64,000 bases of DNA from Minisyncoccota bacterium (GTDB taxonomy: Bacteria; Patescibacteriota; Minisyncoccia; Phycocordibacterales; PALSA-1337): positions 94,618 through 158,617 of the forward strand of contig JBAZRG010000002.1 in assembly GCA_041663145.1 (NCBI GenBank), in the 5' to 3' direction. Positions 41,880-50,616 of the stretch are shown in pieces; the stretch's first letter is position 1; every line of letters starts with the position of its first letter. The translations under genes were made by a program, and so were the position numbers. The notes under the pieces were generated by a model. It was given only the letters and a program-made list of their open reading frames with translations. It made no database searches and was not told the DNA's origin.

Positions 41880-41910
41880 AGGTAGGACGGGATTGGAATC
41901 TTCTAGTCCA
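41880..41910. repeat. 31-bp direct repeat, right copy
   Basis: CTTGTTGCACAGGTAGGACGGGATTGGAATC. It pairs with the copy at 38892-38922. Confidence 0.8.
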
Positions 41911-42053
41911 AAATATTAAACAGTTATATGAATTAAATCAATTATTATAAAAAAAGGAAACCGCCAGCGAACTGAAACCGACGGGTTCCGATGTTCGTGG
42001 CGGATTATTGTTGCTAGTTTGATGCTAAGTTCTTATTTTTTGACAGATTATTT

Positions 42054-42347
42054 CTACTGTTCATCAAGCCACTTTGAGATTGCACCCACATCTAGTCCAA
42101 CAGGAGCATTGTCGAATTTCTGTACGGTGACATTGCCCCATGGGTGATAATCTCCAGCTGGAAACCAGCTTTCAATGGTCTGTTCATCGGGATGTGCATT
42201 TGAGTAGATGACGACATAGCACCCACAGGCTCCAACAAATAATAGGCCAGCGTGGTCAATTGCAAAATTTGCAGCCCTCAATACCCACCAATCCGTAGAT
42301 GCAAAAGGACTTATTCTGTGTCCATGTATTAATCTTGTAACTTTCAT
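42054..42347 (-). CDS. hypothetical protein (97 aa)
   Basis: ORF with His/Cys-rich segments (LIHGHRI, VGACGCYV). A hairpin plus T-tract terminator lies on the minus strand around 41950-42006. Confidence 0.3.
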   Translation of the reverse strand: MKVTRLIHGHRISPFASTDWWVLRAANFAIDHAGLLFVGACGCYVVIYSNAHPDEQTIESWFPAGDYHPWGNVTVQKFDNAPVGLDVGAISKWLDEQ

Positions 42348-42480
42348 ATACTCCTTTTCTTTTTAGAGGTTTAACTGCTCTCTCGGACTCATTTAGTGCT
42401 AGAGAGAGCGGCCAAATAACAGAGAATATCAAAATCTATACCATAAGTATGGTAGCATATTATGAGATATAAGTCAAGCT

Positions 42481-42554
42481 TGTTGCGGGGAGCGGAATCG
42501 AACCGCTAATTTTCAGGTTATGAGCCTGACGGGTTACCGTTACCCTACCCCGCG
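42481..42554 (-). tRNA. initiator tRNA-fMet (CAU)
   Basis: The reverse complement reads CGCGGGGTAGGGTAACGGTAACCCGTCAGGCTCATAACCTGAAAATTAGCGGTTCGATTCCGCTCCCCGCAA. It has the C1xA72 mismatch and closely resembles the E. coli tRNA-fMet acceptor arm. CCA is not encoded. Confidence 0.8.
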
Positions 42555-42673
42555 ATGATATAGACGTATTGGAGCTATTCTGGCATAAAATGGTGTAGCG
42601 TGCAAGAGGATAAAAAGGGTAGAATACATAACGTGTTTGCATAGAGATTCATTTTCGTCTATTGTAATCATAC

Positions 42674-42750
42674 GTCGGCGTAGCTCAGGTAGTTAGAGCG
42701 AGGGACTCATAAGCCCTAGGTCGCAGGTGCAAGTCCTGCCGCCGACACCA
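42674..42750 (+). tRNA. tRNA with CAT anticodon (elongator Met or, more likely, lysidine-modified Ile2)
   Basis: GTCGGCGTAGCTCAGGTAGTTAGAGCGAGGGACTCATAAGCCCTAGGTCGCAGGTGCAAGTCCTGCCGCCGACACCA. Its T-arm resembles E. coli ileX (GGTCGCTGGTTCAAGTCCAGC). CCA is encoded. Confidence 0.7.
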
Positions 42751-42796
42751 TTTCACACTTTGTTTTTTGGCCGAGTTCTGGTACATTAATGTCCAT

Positions 42797-42870
42797 GCGC
42801 CCGTAGTTCAGTTGGCTAGAACGCTCCCCTGTCACGGGAGAGGTCGTGGGTTCGAACCCCATCGGGCGCG
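42797..42870 (+). tRNA. tRNA-Asp (GUC)
   Basis: GCGCCCGTAGTTCAGTTGGCTAGAACGCTCCCCTGTCACGGGAGAGGTCGTGGGTTCGAACCCCATCGGGCGCG has a clean cloverleaf with anticodon loop CTGTCAC. Confidence 0.9.
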
Positions 42871-43230
42871 CTTGACAAACCCAATAGGTATGATATAATA
42901 GTAGGGTAAGATTGAAACAGATAGATTTTGACAGTCAAATAGGCAAAGGGATTTAATGTATGAAGACAATAGAATTTTTTCTGGTTTGTCGTGCTGTTGG
43001 TAAGCATGGAAACGTAGCACGAGTTGCAATCCATGTTCTCGCTCTCTTAACGAGACACGAGGATTGGGATCGCGCAGTGGCCGGAATTCGTCGCGAATTT
43101 TCGCGATAGAATTCCACTCAATACGAAGAGGGGTAAGAGACTTGAAAAAACTTACCCCACTTTACTGAGCCTATAAAAATTGAAATTTGTAGGCTCACAG
43201 AGTGACGATGTTTTTAAATACCATAATATG

Positions 43231-43258
43231 ATCCCCAAATACGTGGGGATTTTTTGTT
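43231..43258 (+). terminator. rho-independent terminator
   Basis: ATCCCCA AATACG TGGGGAT followed by TTTTTTGTT. It ends a hairpin-rich 360-nt stretch that lacks an ORF. Confidence 0.5.
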
Positions 43259-43433
43259 ATAACCATTCACCACAACAAAATACCTCAAGTTGTTTTTGTG
43301 TCGATATTCATATATGATTTCAAACATTCGCGTTGGATCATTGAAATCATTTAGTGTACAGAAGTAAATATAAGCCGATGTAGCTGTCTTGGTAGCTCTG
43401 ACGCAAATCATTTAGTGTACAAAAGTAATACAA

Positions 43434-43699
43434 GCCGATGTAGCTCAGTTGGTAGAGCACGCCATTGGTAGGTCGTAAGACCCTGCCCATTTCGGTGGTA
43501 ACGCCGAGATGAATCCCGAATAACGGTTAAAGTCCCGAGAGTAGTCGAGGGATAAGACCGTGGCGTTTCGATTTTATCGAGACGCCCGAACGACTGACAA
43601 GGGTCTCCAAACGTTGGAGAAAGATACAGTCTAGTCCTCCCGTAAGGTGAGGTGTAAACGAATGGCGAGGTCTCCGGTTCAATCCCGGACGTCGGCTCC
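43434..43699 (+). tRNA. tRNA-Thr (GGU) interrupted by an intron of about 191 nt in the anticodon loop
   Basis: 5' exon: GCCGATGTAGCTCAGTTGGTAGAGCACGCCATTGGT. 3' exon: AATGGCGAGGTCTCCGGTTCAATCCCGGACGTCGGCTCC. The exons join into a perfect cloverleaf with anticodon loop TTGGTAA. Confidence 0.75.
43470..43660 (+). ncRNA. group I (self-splicing) intron in tRNA-Thr anticodon loop, no internal ORF
   Basis: The exon ends in U and the intron ends in G. GCCGA about 30 nt into the intron can pair with the exon TTGGT as P1. AAGATACAGTC matches the group I S/P7 element consensus AAGATATAGTC. CGAACGACTGACA resembles the R element. The size is similar to the small Azoarcus-type tRNA introns. Confidence 0.65.
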
Positions 43700-43735
43700 T
43701 TGTTTGTTAAAGTGTGTTTCGATATACTCCTTCTA

Positions 43736-44194
43736 ATGCCGATGCCAAGAAAGATTCGTAATATGTGTCTTATGTGCGGGAATGAGCCAGCCCGTCCATC
43801 ATACAAATATTGTTGTAATTCGTGTCAGCTTGAGTTTCAGCATCTTGAATATATTCGTAAATGGAAATTAGGAGAATTAAATGGACTTAGCAGTATTGGT
43901 ACAGTCTCTGTTCATGTGAAAAAGTACTTGAGAGAGAAATATGGTAACAAATGTATCCTATGTGGCTGGTCTGTAGTAAATACAAAGACTGGTCTGGTTC
44001 CACTAGTTGCAGATCATATTGACGGCAATTGGCGAAACAATTATGAGAGTAACTTGCGTCTCATTTGTCCAAATTGTGATTCGTTAACAGCAACTTATGG
44101 TGGTTCCAATAAAGGTAACGGTAGAACAGGGAGAGTTGTTAGCAAAAGAGTCCTTGAAGGAAAAAAGTTTGTATTGCTTTCTACGCCGATGTAG
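43736..44194 (+). CDS. HNH endonuclease (free-standing, between the two tRNA-Thr genes)
   Basis: CMCGNE...CNSC zinc knuckle followed by CILCGW...LVADHIDGNWRNNYESNLRLICPNCD, an HNH core. The start may be the ATG at 43736 or 43763. The stop codon lies inside the following tRNA. Confidence 0.7.
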   Translation: MPMPRKIRNMCLMCGNEPARPSYKYCCNSCQLEFQHLEYIRKWKLGELNGLSSIGTVSVHVKKYLREKYGNKCILCGWSVVNTKTGLVPLVADHIDGNWRNNYESNLRLICPNCDSLTATYGGSNKGNGRTGRVVSKRVLEGKKFVLLSTPM

Positions 44195-44260
44195 CTCAGT
44201 TGGTAGAGCGCCACTTTCGTAAAGTGGATGTCCCCGGTTCGATTCCGGGCATCGGCTCCA
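44185..44260 (+). tRNA. tRNA-Thr (CGU)
   Basis: GCCGATGTAGCTCAGTTGGTAGAGCGCCACTTTCGTAAAGTGGATGTCCCCGGTTCGATTCCGGGCATCGGCTCCA. CCA is encoded. Confidence 0.9.
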
Positions 44261-44332
44261 GAATCTCTTACGCATGATGTATATATATAACACTCATTGT
44301 CACACCGAGCCATTTTCTGTTACTCTAAGGTT

Positions 44333-45256
44333 ATGAACGACAAAGACAAATTGGAAGAAAAGATAGCCGAATTGGAAACCGCCATGAGTGGTGCAGATTT
44401 TTGGTCTGATAAAGAAAAAGCTCAGACTGTGATCGCGGAACATAAGAAATTAAAACAAGAACTTGAAGGAGTCGGCAAATACGATAAAGGTGACGCTATC
44501 ATGACTATCTTGTCCGGTGCTGGTGGAGATGATGCAGAGGATTTTTCGGCGATACTGATCCGTATGTATAGGAGATACGCCGAGAGTAAAGGTTGGGGTT
44601 GGTCGGTCATTCACGCAAATGAAAACGATCATGGCGGATATAGAAATATTACAGTAGAAATATCCGGTAAATCTGGTGGCACAAGCACTTTGAATGGTGA
44701 AGGGACGCTTGGGGCATTCGGTACATTAAAAAATGAATCAGGTGTTCATAGACTGGTTCGAATCTCTCCTTTTAATGCAAATGAAAAAAGGCACACTTCT
44801 TTCTCGATGGTTGAAGTCATTCCAAAACTAGAAAAATCCACAGCCGAAGATATAGTCATAGCCGATGCCGATCTAGAGATCAGTATTGCCAAGTCCGGTG
44901 GTCCTGGTGGTCAAAATGTTAATAAACGAGAAACAGCGGTGAGATTGGTCCATAAGCCGACTGGTATATCGATACATGTAACATCAGAACGTTCACAAGC
45001 TCAAAATCGAGAGAAAGCTCTGGAGATTCTCCGAGGAAAGATTTGGAAACGCAATGAAGAGGAACGACTAGCGAAGGAGAGAGGTATGCAGATTTCTAGT
45101 ACAACTTCCATAGAATGGGGAAATCAGATCCGATCCTATGTCTTTCATCCGTACAAGATGGTGAAGGATCATCGGACAGATGTGGAAACTTCACAAGTCG
45201 ATAAGGTTATTGAGGGAGAACTAGATGAATTCATAGAGGCAGAGAAGGAGTTGTAG
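44333..45256 (+). CDS. prfB: peptide chain release factor 2 (short form, no programmed frameshift apparent)
   Basis: SPF tripeptide ([20 protein letters not shown]) and GGQ ([25 protein letters not shown]) are present. The product is about 307 aa from the ATG at 44333. Confidence 0.88.
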   Translation: MNDKDKLEEKIAELETAMSGADFWSDKEKAQTVIAEHKKLKQELEGVGKYDKGDAIMTILSGAGGDDAEDFSAILIRMYRRYAESKGWGWSVIHANENDHGGYRNITVEISGKSGGTSTLNGEGTLGAFGTLKNESGVHRLVRISPFNANEKRHTSFSMVEVIPKLEKSTAEDIVIADADLEISIAKSGGPGGQNVNKRETAVRLVHKPTGISIHVTSERSQAQNREKALEILRGKIWKRNEEERLAKERGMQISSTTSIEWGNQIRSYVFHPYKMVKDHRTDVETSQVDKVIEGELDEFIEAEKEL

Positions 45257-45265
45257 GATTTGCAC

Positions 45266-45461
45266 AGACCCCGACATAATGTGGAATAGCTTGGTGAACA
45301 TTGTTCCGAAACGACTCGCAATGCGATTTGAACCCCGAACAAATTGCCCATATTAGAGTAGCTCCGTCTACTCTAATATGGTTGCAATTTGGAGTGGGTG
45401 ACCTTGCGAGGAGTTGAGGAACAATGTTCACCAAGCTAGCGGGAACATTATGTTGGGGTCT
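45266..45461. repeat. structured palindromic element, family A copy 2 (about 196 nt)
   Basis: It begins 10 nt after the prfB stop. The core 45288-45438 is shared with 35181-35332. It has an extra outer stem, AGACCCCGACATAATGT/ACATTATGTTGGGGTCT. Confidence 0.65.
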
Positions 45462-45514
45462 ATACATATTGTGAGTCATTTTACTGCCGTCCCCTCATAA
45501 GCTATAATCAGTGA

Positions 45515-46195
45515 ATGATTTATTACGATAAGGTTTCCAAGATCTACCCCGACAAGACAATAGCAGTCGAATCAGTCAGTTTTGGAGTCGAACCAAAGGA
45601 GTTCGTGACAATAGTCGGCCCTTCGGGGGCTGGCAAGACTACATTGTTGCGCATGCTTACGGCCGAGGAATGGCCGAGCAACGGCTCTGTATTCTTCGAA
45701 TCGACCGATATTCACCGTTTGACCAAGAAAGAGATGACGAAATTGCGACGTAGGATCGGCACCGTATTTCAGGATTATCGTCTGATACCGACCAAGACCG
45801 TATATGAAAATATCGCTTTCGCAATGGAAGCGACCGGTAGGAAAGACAGTGAGATAGCATCCGATGTCCCGCATGTTCTCGAACTTGTCGACCTAGCCCA
45901 TAAGATCTGGAATTTTCCGACGGAATTGTCCGGAGGGGAACGTCAGAGAGTCGCCATAGCCAGAGCCATCGTCACTCAGCCAGACATCATCATCGCCGAC
46001 GAACCTACAGGCAATCTCGATCCGACCAATACTTATGAGATCATTCGCATTCTTCAGAAGATCAACAATCTAGGCACAACAGTATTGTTGACTACACACA
46101 ATAAAGGAGTTGTAGATACAGTAGGGGGTCGCGTACTCACCATGGAAAAAGGTAAGATTATCAAAGATGATAAACATGGCAAATATATACTTTAA
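45515..46195 (+). CDS. ftsE: cell division ATP-binding protein FtsE
   Basis: IVGPSGAGKTTLLRML, LSGGERQRVAIARA and IIADEPTGNLD. It is followed by ftsX. Confidence 0.88.
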   Translation: MIYYDKVSKIYPDKTIAVESVSFGVEPKEFVTIVGPSGAGKTTLLRMLTAEEWPSNGSVFFESTDIHRLTKKEMTKLRRRIGTVFQDYRLIPTKTVYENIAFAMEATGRKDSEIASDVPHVLELVDLAHKIWNFPTELSGGERQRVAIARAIVTQPDIIIADEPTGNLDPTNTYEIIRILQKINNLGTTVLLTTHNKGVVDTVGGRVLTMEKGKIIKDDKHGKYIL

Positions 46196-46240
46196 TATTC
46201 AAGCATAATTTATTTCGCCGAAAGGCACACATTATTTTAT

Positions 46241-47197
46241 ATGATATTTACCACATTCAAACGCATAACTAGAACCGGTTTCGTCAATTTCTGGCGCAAT
46301 GGTTTTTTGTCATTCGCGGCAATCGTGGTGATCACAATGTCGCTTTGCGCATTTGGCTTTATCATATTCACTGGCGCTTTTGGCCGTGCTCTCATATCCG
46401 ACGTCAAAGACAAAGTTGATATCAATGTTTATTTCAGTCTATCAGCTGAGGAATCCGAAATATTATCCATAAAAAAAGATCTGACGGCCTTGCCTGAGGT
46501 GGCATCGACTACATATATATCTCGCGCTCAAGCTCTGGAATCATTCAAGACAAAGTGGCAGGACAATGCTCTCATCATGCAAGGTCTAGACGAGATCGGA
46601 AATAACCCATTCCCAGCTTCCATAAACGTAAAGGCAGTCGATCCTGGTCAATACGGCAGTATCGCGAAATATTTGGAAAATAAAAATCCAACCTCGGCCG
46701 ACGGAGCGCCTCTCATAGAGAAGGTCAATTATCGCGAGAACAAATTGGTCATCGATCGCCTCGGCAGGATAATTCCGGCGGCCGAAAGAGCGGGGACGAT
46801 ATTGGCTCTAATTTTCATAGTAGTTGCCGTGATCGTGGTTTGGAATACTATTCGACTCATAATATTTACAGCCAAAGATGAGATCTCCGTAATGAAACTG
46901 GTCGGTGCTAGCAACATATACGTGCGTGGTCCTCTGGTCATATCTGGTATCATGTACGGTTTGGCTTCGAGCGTGGTCACGCTTTTGGTGATGGCAGCTT
47001 TCGCTTTTTGGAGTGACAGTATTCTCCTGCGTTTTGCTGGAGTCGAGATTGCCAATGATTTTGAATTCGTAGTCAATGTTTTGTCGAGATATTATATCCA
47101 GAACTTCACTCAGATATTCCTGATGATCGTCGTGGCAGGTATCATACTTGGCGGATTGCCGAGCTATTCGGCGGCTAGAAAATATTTGCGTATTTGA
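46241..47197 (+). CDS. ftsX: cell division permease FtsX
   Basis: 4 TM helices and the FtsX extracellular domain. It lies downstream of ftsE. Confidence 0.8.
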   Translation: MIFTTFKRITRTGFVNFWRNGFLSFAAIVVITMSLCAFGFIIFTGAFGRALISDVKDKVDINVYFSLSAEESEILSIKKDLTALPEVASTTYISRAQALESFKTKWQDNALIMQGLDEIGNNPFPASINVKAVDPGQYGSIAKYLENKNPTSADGAPLIEKVNYRENKLVIDRLGRIIPAAERAGTILALIFIVVAVIVVWNTIRLIIFTAKDEISVMKLVGASNIYVRGPLVISGIMYGLASSVVTLLVMAAFAFWSDSILLRFAGVEIANDFEFVVNVLSRYYIQNFTQIFLMIVVAGIILGGLPSYSAARKYLRI

Positions 47198-47220
47198 TTA
47201 TTTTGTTTAGAATGTAAGAC

Positions 47221-49047
47221 ATGAAGAAGAAAGTTCGAAACAGAAATAAAGAGAAAGCACATTCTATCAGTCATCATAAATATATTTTCGTCATCGGTGG
47301 AGTAATGTCGGGAGTTGGAAAGGGTATAGCGTCGTCTTCGATCGGCACTCTGCTCTCGTCCAAAGGATTCAAAGTCAATCTGGTAAAGGTTGATCCATAC
47401 CTAAATGTTGACGCCGGTACTATGAACCCCACTGAACACGGTGAGGTTTTTGTTTTGAACTCCGGTCTGGAAACCGATCAGGATATGGGCAACTATGAAC
47501 GTTTCCTCGGACGCGACCTCACAGGAGACGACTATATCACGAGTGGTATGGTCTATAAGCATGTCATAGAAAAGGAAAGAGCTTTGGGATATGGAGGCAA
47601 ATGTGTCGAAGCTGTGCCACATATTCGCGATGAGATAGTCGAACGTTTCGAACATTCAGCCAAGGTCAACAAATCAAACATTTCTATTATCGAAATAGGT
47701 GGGACTGTGGGCGACTATCAGAATATCATGTTCATCGAGGCTGCTCGTCTCCTCAAGATCAGACACCCAAACGATGTAATATTCATTATGGTTTCGTATT
47801 TGCCAGTACCAGGGACTCTGGGAGAAATGAAGACTCGTCCGACTCAGCATGCTGTGTATCATCTGGCATCATACGGAGTGACAACCGATATCATCATCGC
47901 GAGAGCGGCATTGCCTCTGGATGCCAGACGTAAAGAAAAGATCGCTACAGCTTGTAATATTCCGGCCAAAAATGTCATATCGGCGCCAGATATAAAGAGC
48001 ATATACGATGTGCCAGTCAACTTTAAGCATGATCGTCTAGGAGAGATCATTTTAGAAGCATTGCATCTTCCGGCAGTTTCGACGGGACCTTCATTTAAAG
48101 AATGGATGAATATGGCCAGAGGCATAAAAAACCACACTCGTCATACGGTCAATATCGCTATTGTTGGTAAATATTTCAATACAGGCGATTTTATTCTATC
48201 CGATGCGTATCTCTCCGTTCTGGAAGCTATCAAGTTTTCAGCCTATGCTGTCGGCGTAAAACCGATCATTCACACGGTCAATGCCAGAGATTTCGAGGGT
48301 AAGGGAAATGAGAATGCCAAGATTCTGAACAATTCTTATGCCAATCTGGACAAGATGGATGGTATCATCGTGCCGGGCGGTTTTGGTGAGTCCGGCATAG
48401 ACGGCAAATTGGCTGTGATCAAGTATGCTCGAGAAAATAATATTCCATATTTCGGTCTGTGTTACGGCATGCAACTCATGACTATCGAGTACGCCAGGAA
48501 TGTGCTGGGTTTGGCGGGCGCTCAGACAGCCGAGATAGATCCAAAGGCTCCGCATATCGTGATCGACATCATGCCAGATCAAAAAAAGAAATTGGCGGCA
48601 GGGAATTATGGTGGATCGATGCGTCTCGGTACTTATCCAGCAAAACTTTCCCATGGCACAGTGGCTTTTGAGTCATACAATGCCAAGAGGGATGATGGAG
48701 ACAATAAAACACATTCAGTTATCCATGAACGTCATCGACATCGTTATGAAGTCAATCCAAAATATATAGCCAGACTAGAAAGGGGAGGTCTCGTCTTTTC
48801 GGGTAGATCACCAGACGGCAGACTGATGGAGATTGCGGAATTGCCTCGAGACAAGCATCCATTCTTTTTGGGCACGCAATTCCATCCGGAATTTTTAGCC
48901 AGACCTCTTTCACCACATCCGTTGTTTACGGGATTTATGAAGGCTTCGAAGGAACGAGCGAAGATAAAGCCTGTTGTAGAGGGTATTCACGTCGAATCGC
49001 AACTTCTATCAGAAAAAGTTCAAGAAGAAATTTCTAAGGAGGTGTAG
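47221..49047 (+). CDS. pyrG: CTP synthase
   Basis: KYIFVIGGVMSGVGKGI, the GATase C-terminal domain with GLCYGMQL (catalytic Cys), and HRHRYE. Confidence 0.92.
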   Translation: MKKKVRNRNKEKAHSISHHKYIFVIGGVMSGVGKGIASSSIGTLLSSKGFKVNLVKVDPYLNVDAGTMNPTEHGEVFVLNSGLETDQDMGNYERFLGRDLTGDDYITSGMVYKHVIEKERALGYGGKCVEAVPHIRDEIVERFEHSAKVNKSNISIIEIGGTVGDYQNIMFIEAARLLKIRHPNDVIFIMVSYLPVPGTLGEMKTRPTQHAVYHLASYGVTTDIIIARAALPLDARRKEKIATACNIPAKNVISAPDIKSIYDVPVNFKHDRLGEIILEALHLPAVSTGPSFKEWMNMARGIKNHTRHTVNIAIVGKYFNTGDFILSDAYLSVLEAIKFSAYAVGVKPIIHTVNARDFEGKGNENAKILNNSYANLDKMDGIIVPGGFGESGIDGKLAVIKYARENNIPYFGLCYGMQLMTIEYARNVLGLAGAQTAEIDPKAPHIVIDIMPDQKKKLAAGNYGGSMRLGTYPAKLSHGTVAFESYNAKRDDGDNKTHSVIHERHRHRYEVNPKYIARLERGGLVFSGRSPDGRLMEIAELPRDKHPFFLGTQFHPEFLARPLSPHPLFTGFMKASKERAKIKPVVEGIHVESQLLSEKVQEEISKEV

Positions 49048-49052
49048 GGCAG

Positions 49053-49146
49053 GTAACCCCGGCAACATCATGTCCCGTAGTAACCGAGGATTGTGATTAG
49101 CGAAGCGCCCGCAGGTTACGGAGGGACATGATGTTGCCGGGGTTAC
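49053..49146. repeat. long palindromic hairpin element, family B copy 2
   Basis: 24-bp perfect stem (GTAACCCCGGCAACATCATGTCCC) plus a GTAACC/GGTTAC extension. The loop CCGAGGATTGTGATTAGCGAAGCGCCCGCAGG shares CCGAGGAT...GATTAGCG...CCCGCAGG with 20817-20916. It starts 6 nt after the pyrG stop. Confidence 0.6.
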
Positions 49147-49244
49147 GTGATATTTGCCAAATAGACATATTTGTGTCAGACTACAAATAGAACGACAATG
49201 ACGTCGTATCTAGAAAGGAGGTTGACATAAAAAGACTTTATGAC

Positions 49245-49817
49245 TTGCTGATAAGTCTGGTGAAATTTACCGGATTTGTTGCTATTGAGAAATCGATCGG
49301 CGCATCGTTTTATTGGGGCTACTTTCCAATAACGGTTCATCGGTACGGTGTGGCTGAGGCTTTCACTCGTCTGTTTCTAATGCAGTTTGTAGCATCGATC
49401 ATTTTTTGGTTGATCTACGATCGCGTATCGAAAGGACGAGACCTGATCGGTGTGGCTGGCACCAAAAAGAGCTTGTTTGGATGGTGGCATAAGATACTGA
49501 CTAAAATACGAATCCGTTTTGGCTGGTGGAATAAGATGCTGGTCATAATACGAAATCGTTTAAATTTTGGTCAAAAGTCGGCTCGATGTATCGACATTGT
49601 TCTTGTGGCTATCAGATTCATTTTTCTTGTGGCTTTCAGATTCTTTTTGCTCTCTTGGCAACTGATTCCACCTGTCGTTCTGCTTTGCGTTCGGACAGAT
49701 GGTAAACGCATGAGAGCTATTACAGAGATAACTCTCATAGCTCTTAGTACACTCATCGCAACTCTTTGGTGGACTGCAGTCTCCAAAGGAGTATTGCGAC
49801 TCATATTCGGTGTATAG
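49245..49817 (+). CDS. hypothetical polytopic membrane protein
   Basis: TTG-start ORF with a strong AAAGGAGG nearby. 5-6 TM helices. Confidence 0.3.
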   Translation: MLISLVKFTGFVAIEKSIGASFYWGYFPITVHRYGVAEAFTRLFLMQFVASIIFWLIYDRVSKGRDLIGVAGTKKSLFGWWHKILTKIRIRFGWWNKMLVIIRNRLNFGQKSARCIDIVLVAIRFIFLVAFRFFLLSWQLIPPVVLLCVRTDGKRMRAITEITLIALSTLIATLWWTAVSKGVLRLIFGV

Positions 49818-49953
49818 CCGTCTTCCAAAGTTGGAGGGCGGTTTTTATTTTTTAATGAACCCACATCAGAACCAGTGCTTTCTTTCGAATCAACAAACTA
49901 ATAAAAAATCCGCTCCAAGTGTGATCTGGGAGCGGAGGTCAAAGTATCTTGAG

Positions 49954-50574
49954 TCACATGATCTGTTGCCATTTATATTGTGGACCACGAGTCGACAGCA
50001 GTTTTAGCAGTCTCTCATAGGATTCTCGTGGAGCCCATCCTATGAATCGATGGATCTTTCTCGCTTTCCAGATTGGTGGAAATTGAGAGTTTTGTTCAGA
50101 GCTTGTACATTCTGGTTCATCCTGATCGCTCGAGAGCCAAAAGAAGCTTTCATCCTCCAAGTCGTCATTTTCCTGTCTGAGATTGGCTCTCAGAATGCGT
50201 TTTGTGGCCAATAGTTGTGGCTCCGCCGTCAGACTGAATGGACCACCAATATTGTTACCGTCTTCTTGAACCAATTTGAATAGGTTAAACTTATCGCTCT
50301 GGCTGGAGTGACAGAGTCGGTTGATCTGAATCGATACCGTATGGTGGTACAAAATGACTCTCTTTAAAATAGCGTCGTATTCCAGCGAGGCAAATCCTTC
50401 GGTTACTAGAGTTATTATTTGGTGGAATGCCTGCGGTCGCTGTGCGACCTCGGCATCGATAGTGGGGATGAATCTCCTCAGCCATTTAATCGTCTCTATG
50501 AATTGCGAAGAGACAGTGTCTTGTTCCGCGCATGCGTTTGTACTCATAAGTTTGTTTTTCAAACTGCATTTCAA
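49954..50574 (-). CDS. hypothetical protein (206 aa)
   Basis: ORF only. No motif recognised. Confidence 0.3.
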   Translation of the reverse strand: MKCSLKNKLMSTNACAEQDTVSSQFIETIKWLRRFIPTIDAEVAQRPQAFHQIITLVTEGFASLEYDAILKRVILYHHTVSIQINRLCHSSQSDKFNLFKLVQEDGNNIGGPFSLTAEPQLLATKRILRANLRQENDDLEDESFFWLSSDQDEPECTSSEQNSQFPPIWKARKIHRFIGWAPRESYERLLKLLSTRGPQYKWQQIM

Positions 50575-50616
50575 GTTGTTTTATACCTCTTTTTGGGTTA
50601 TTCTGCAATGTGCACC

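Noticed and set aside
42375-42420. 8-bp perfect hairpin GCTCTCTC...GAGAGAGC as a terminator for tRNA-fMet
   Set aside because: There is no U-tract on either strand adjacent to it. It is more likely promoter-proximal secondary structure for the minus-strand ORF.
42816-43034. Track ORFs on the minus strand overlapping tRNA-Asp (65 aa and 72 aa)
   Set aside because: They overlap a well-formed tRNA gene and have no coding signal.
44084-44313. Track ORFs on the minus strand overlapping tRNA-Thr(CGU) and the HNH 3' end
   Set aside because: They overlap a tRNA and the better-supported HNH gene.
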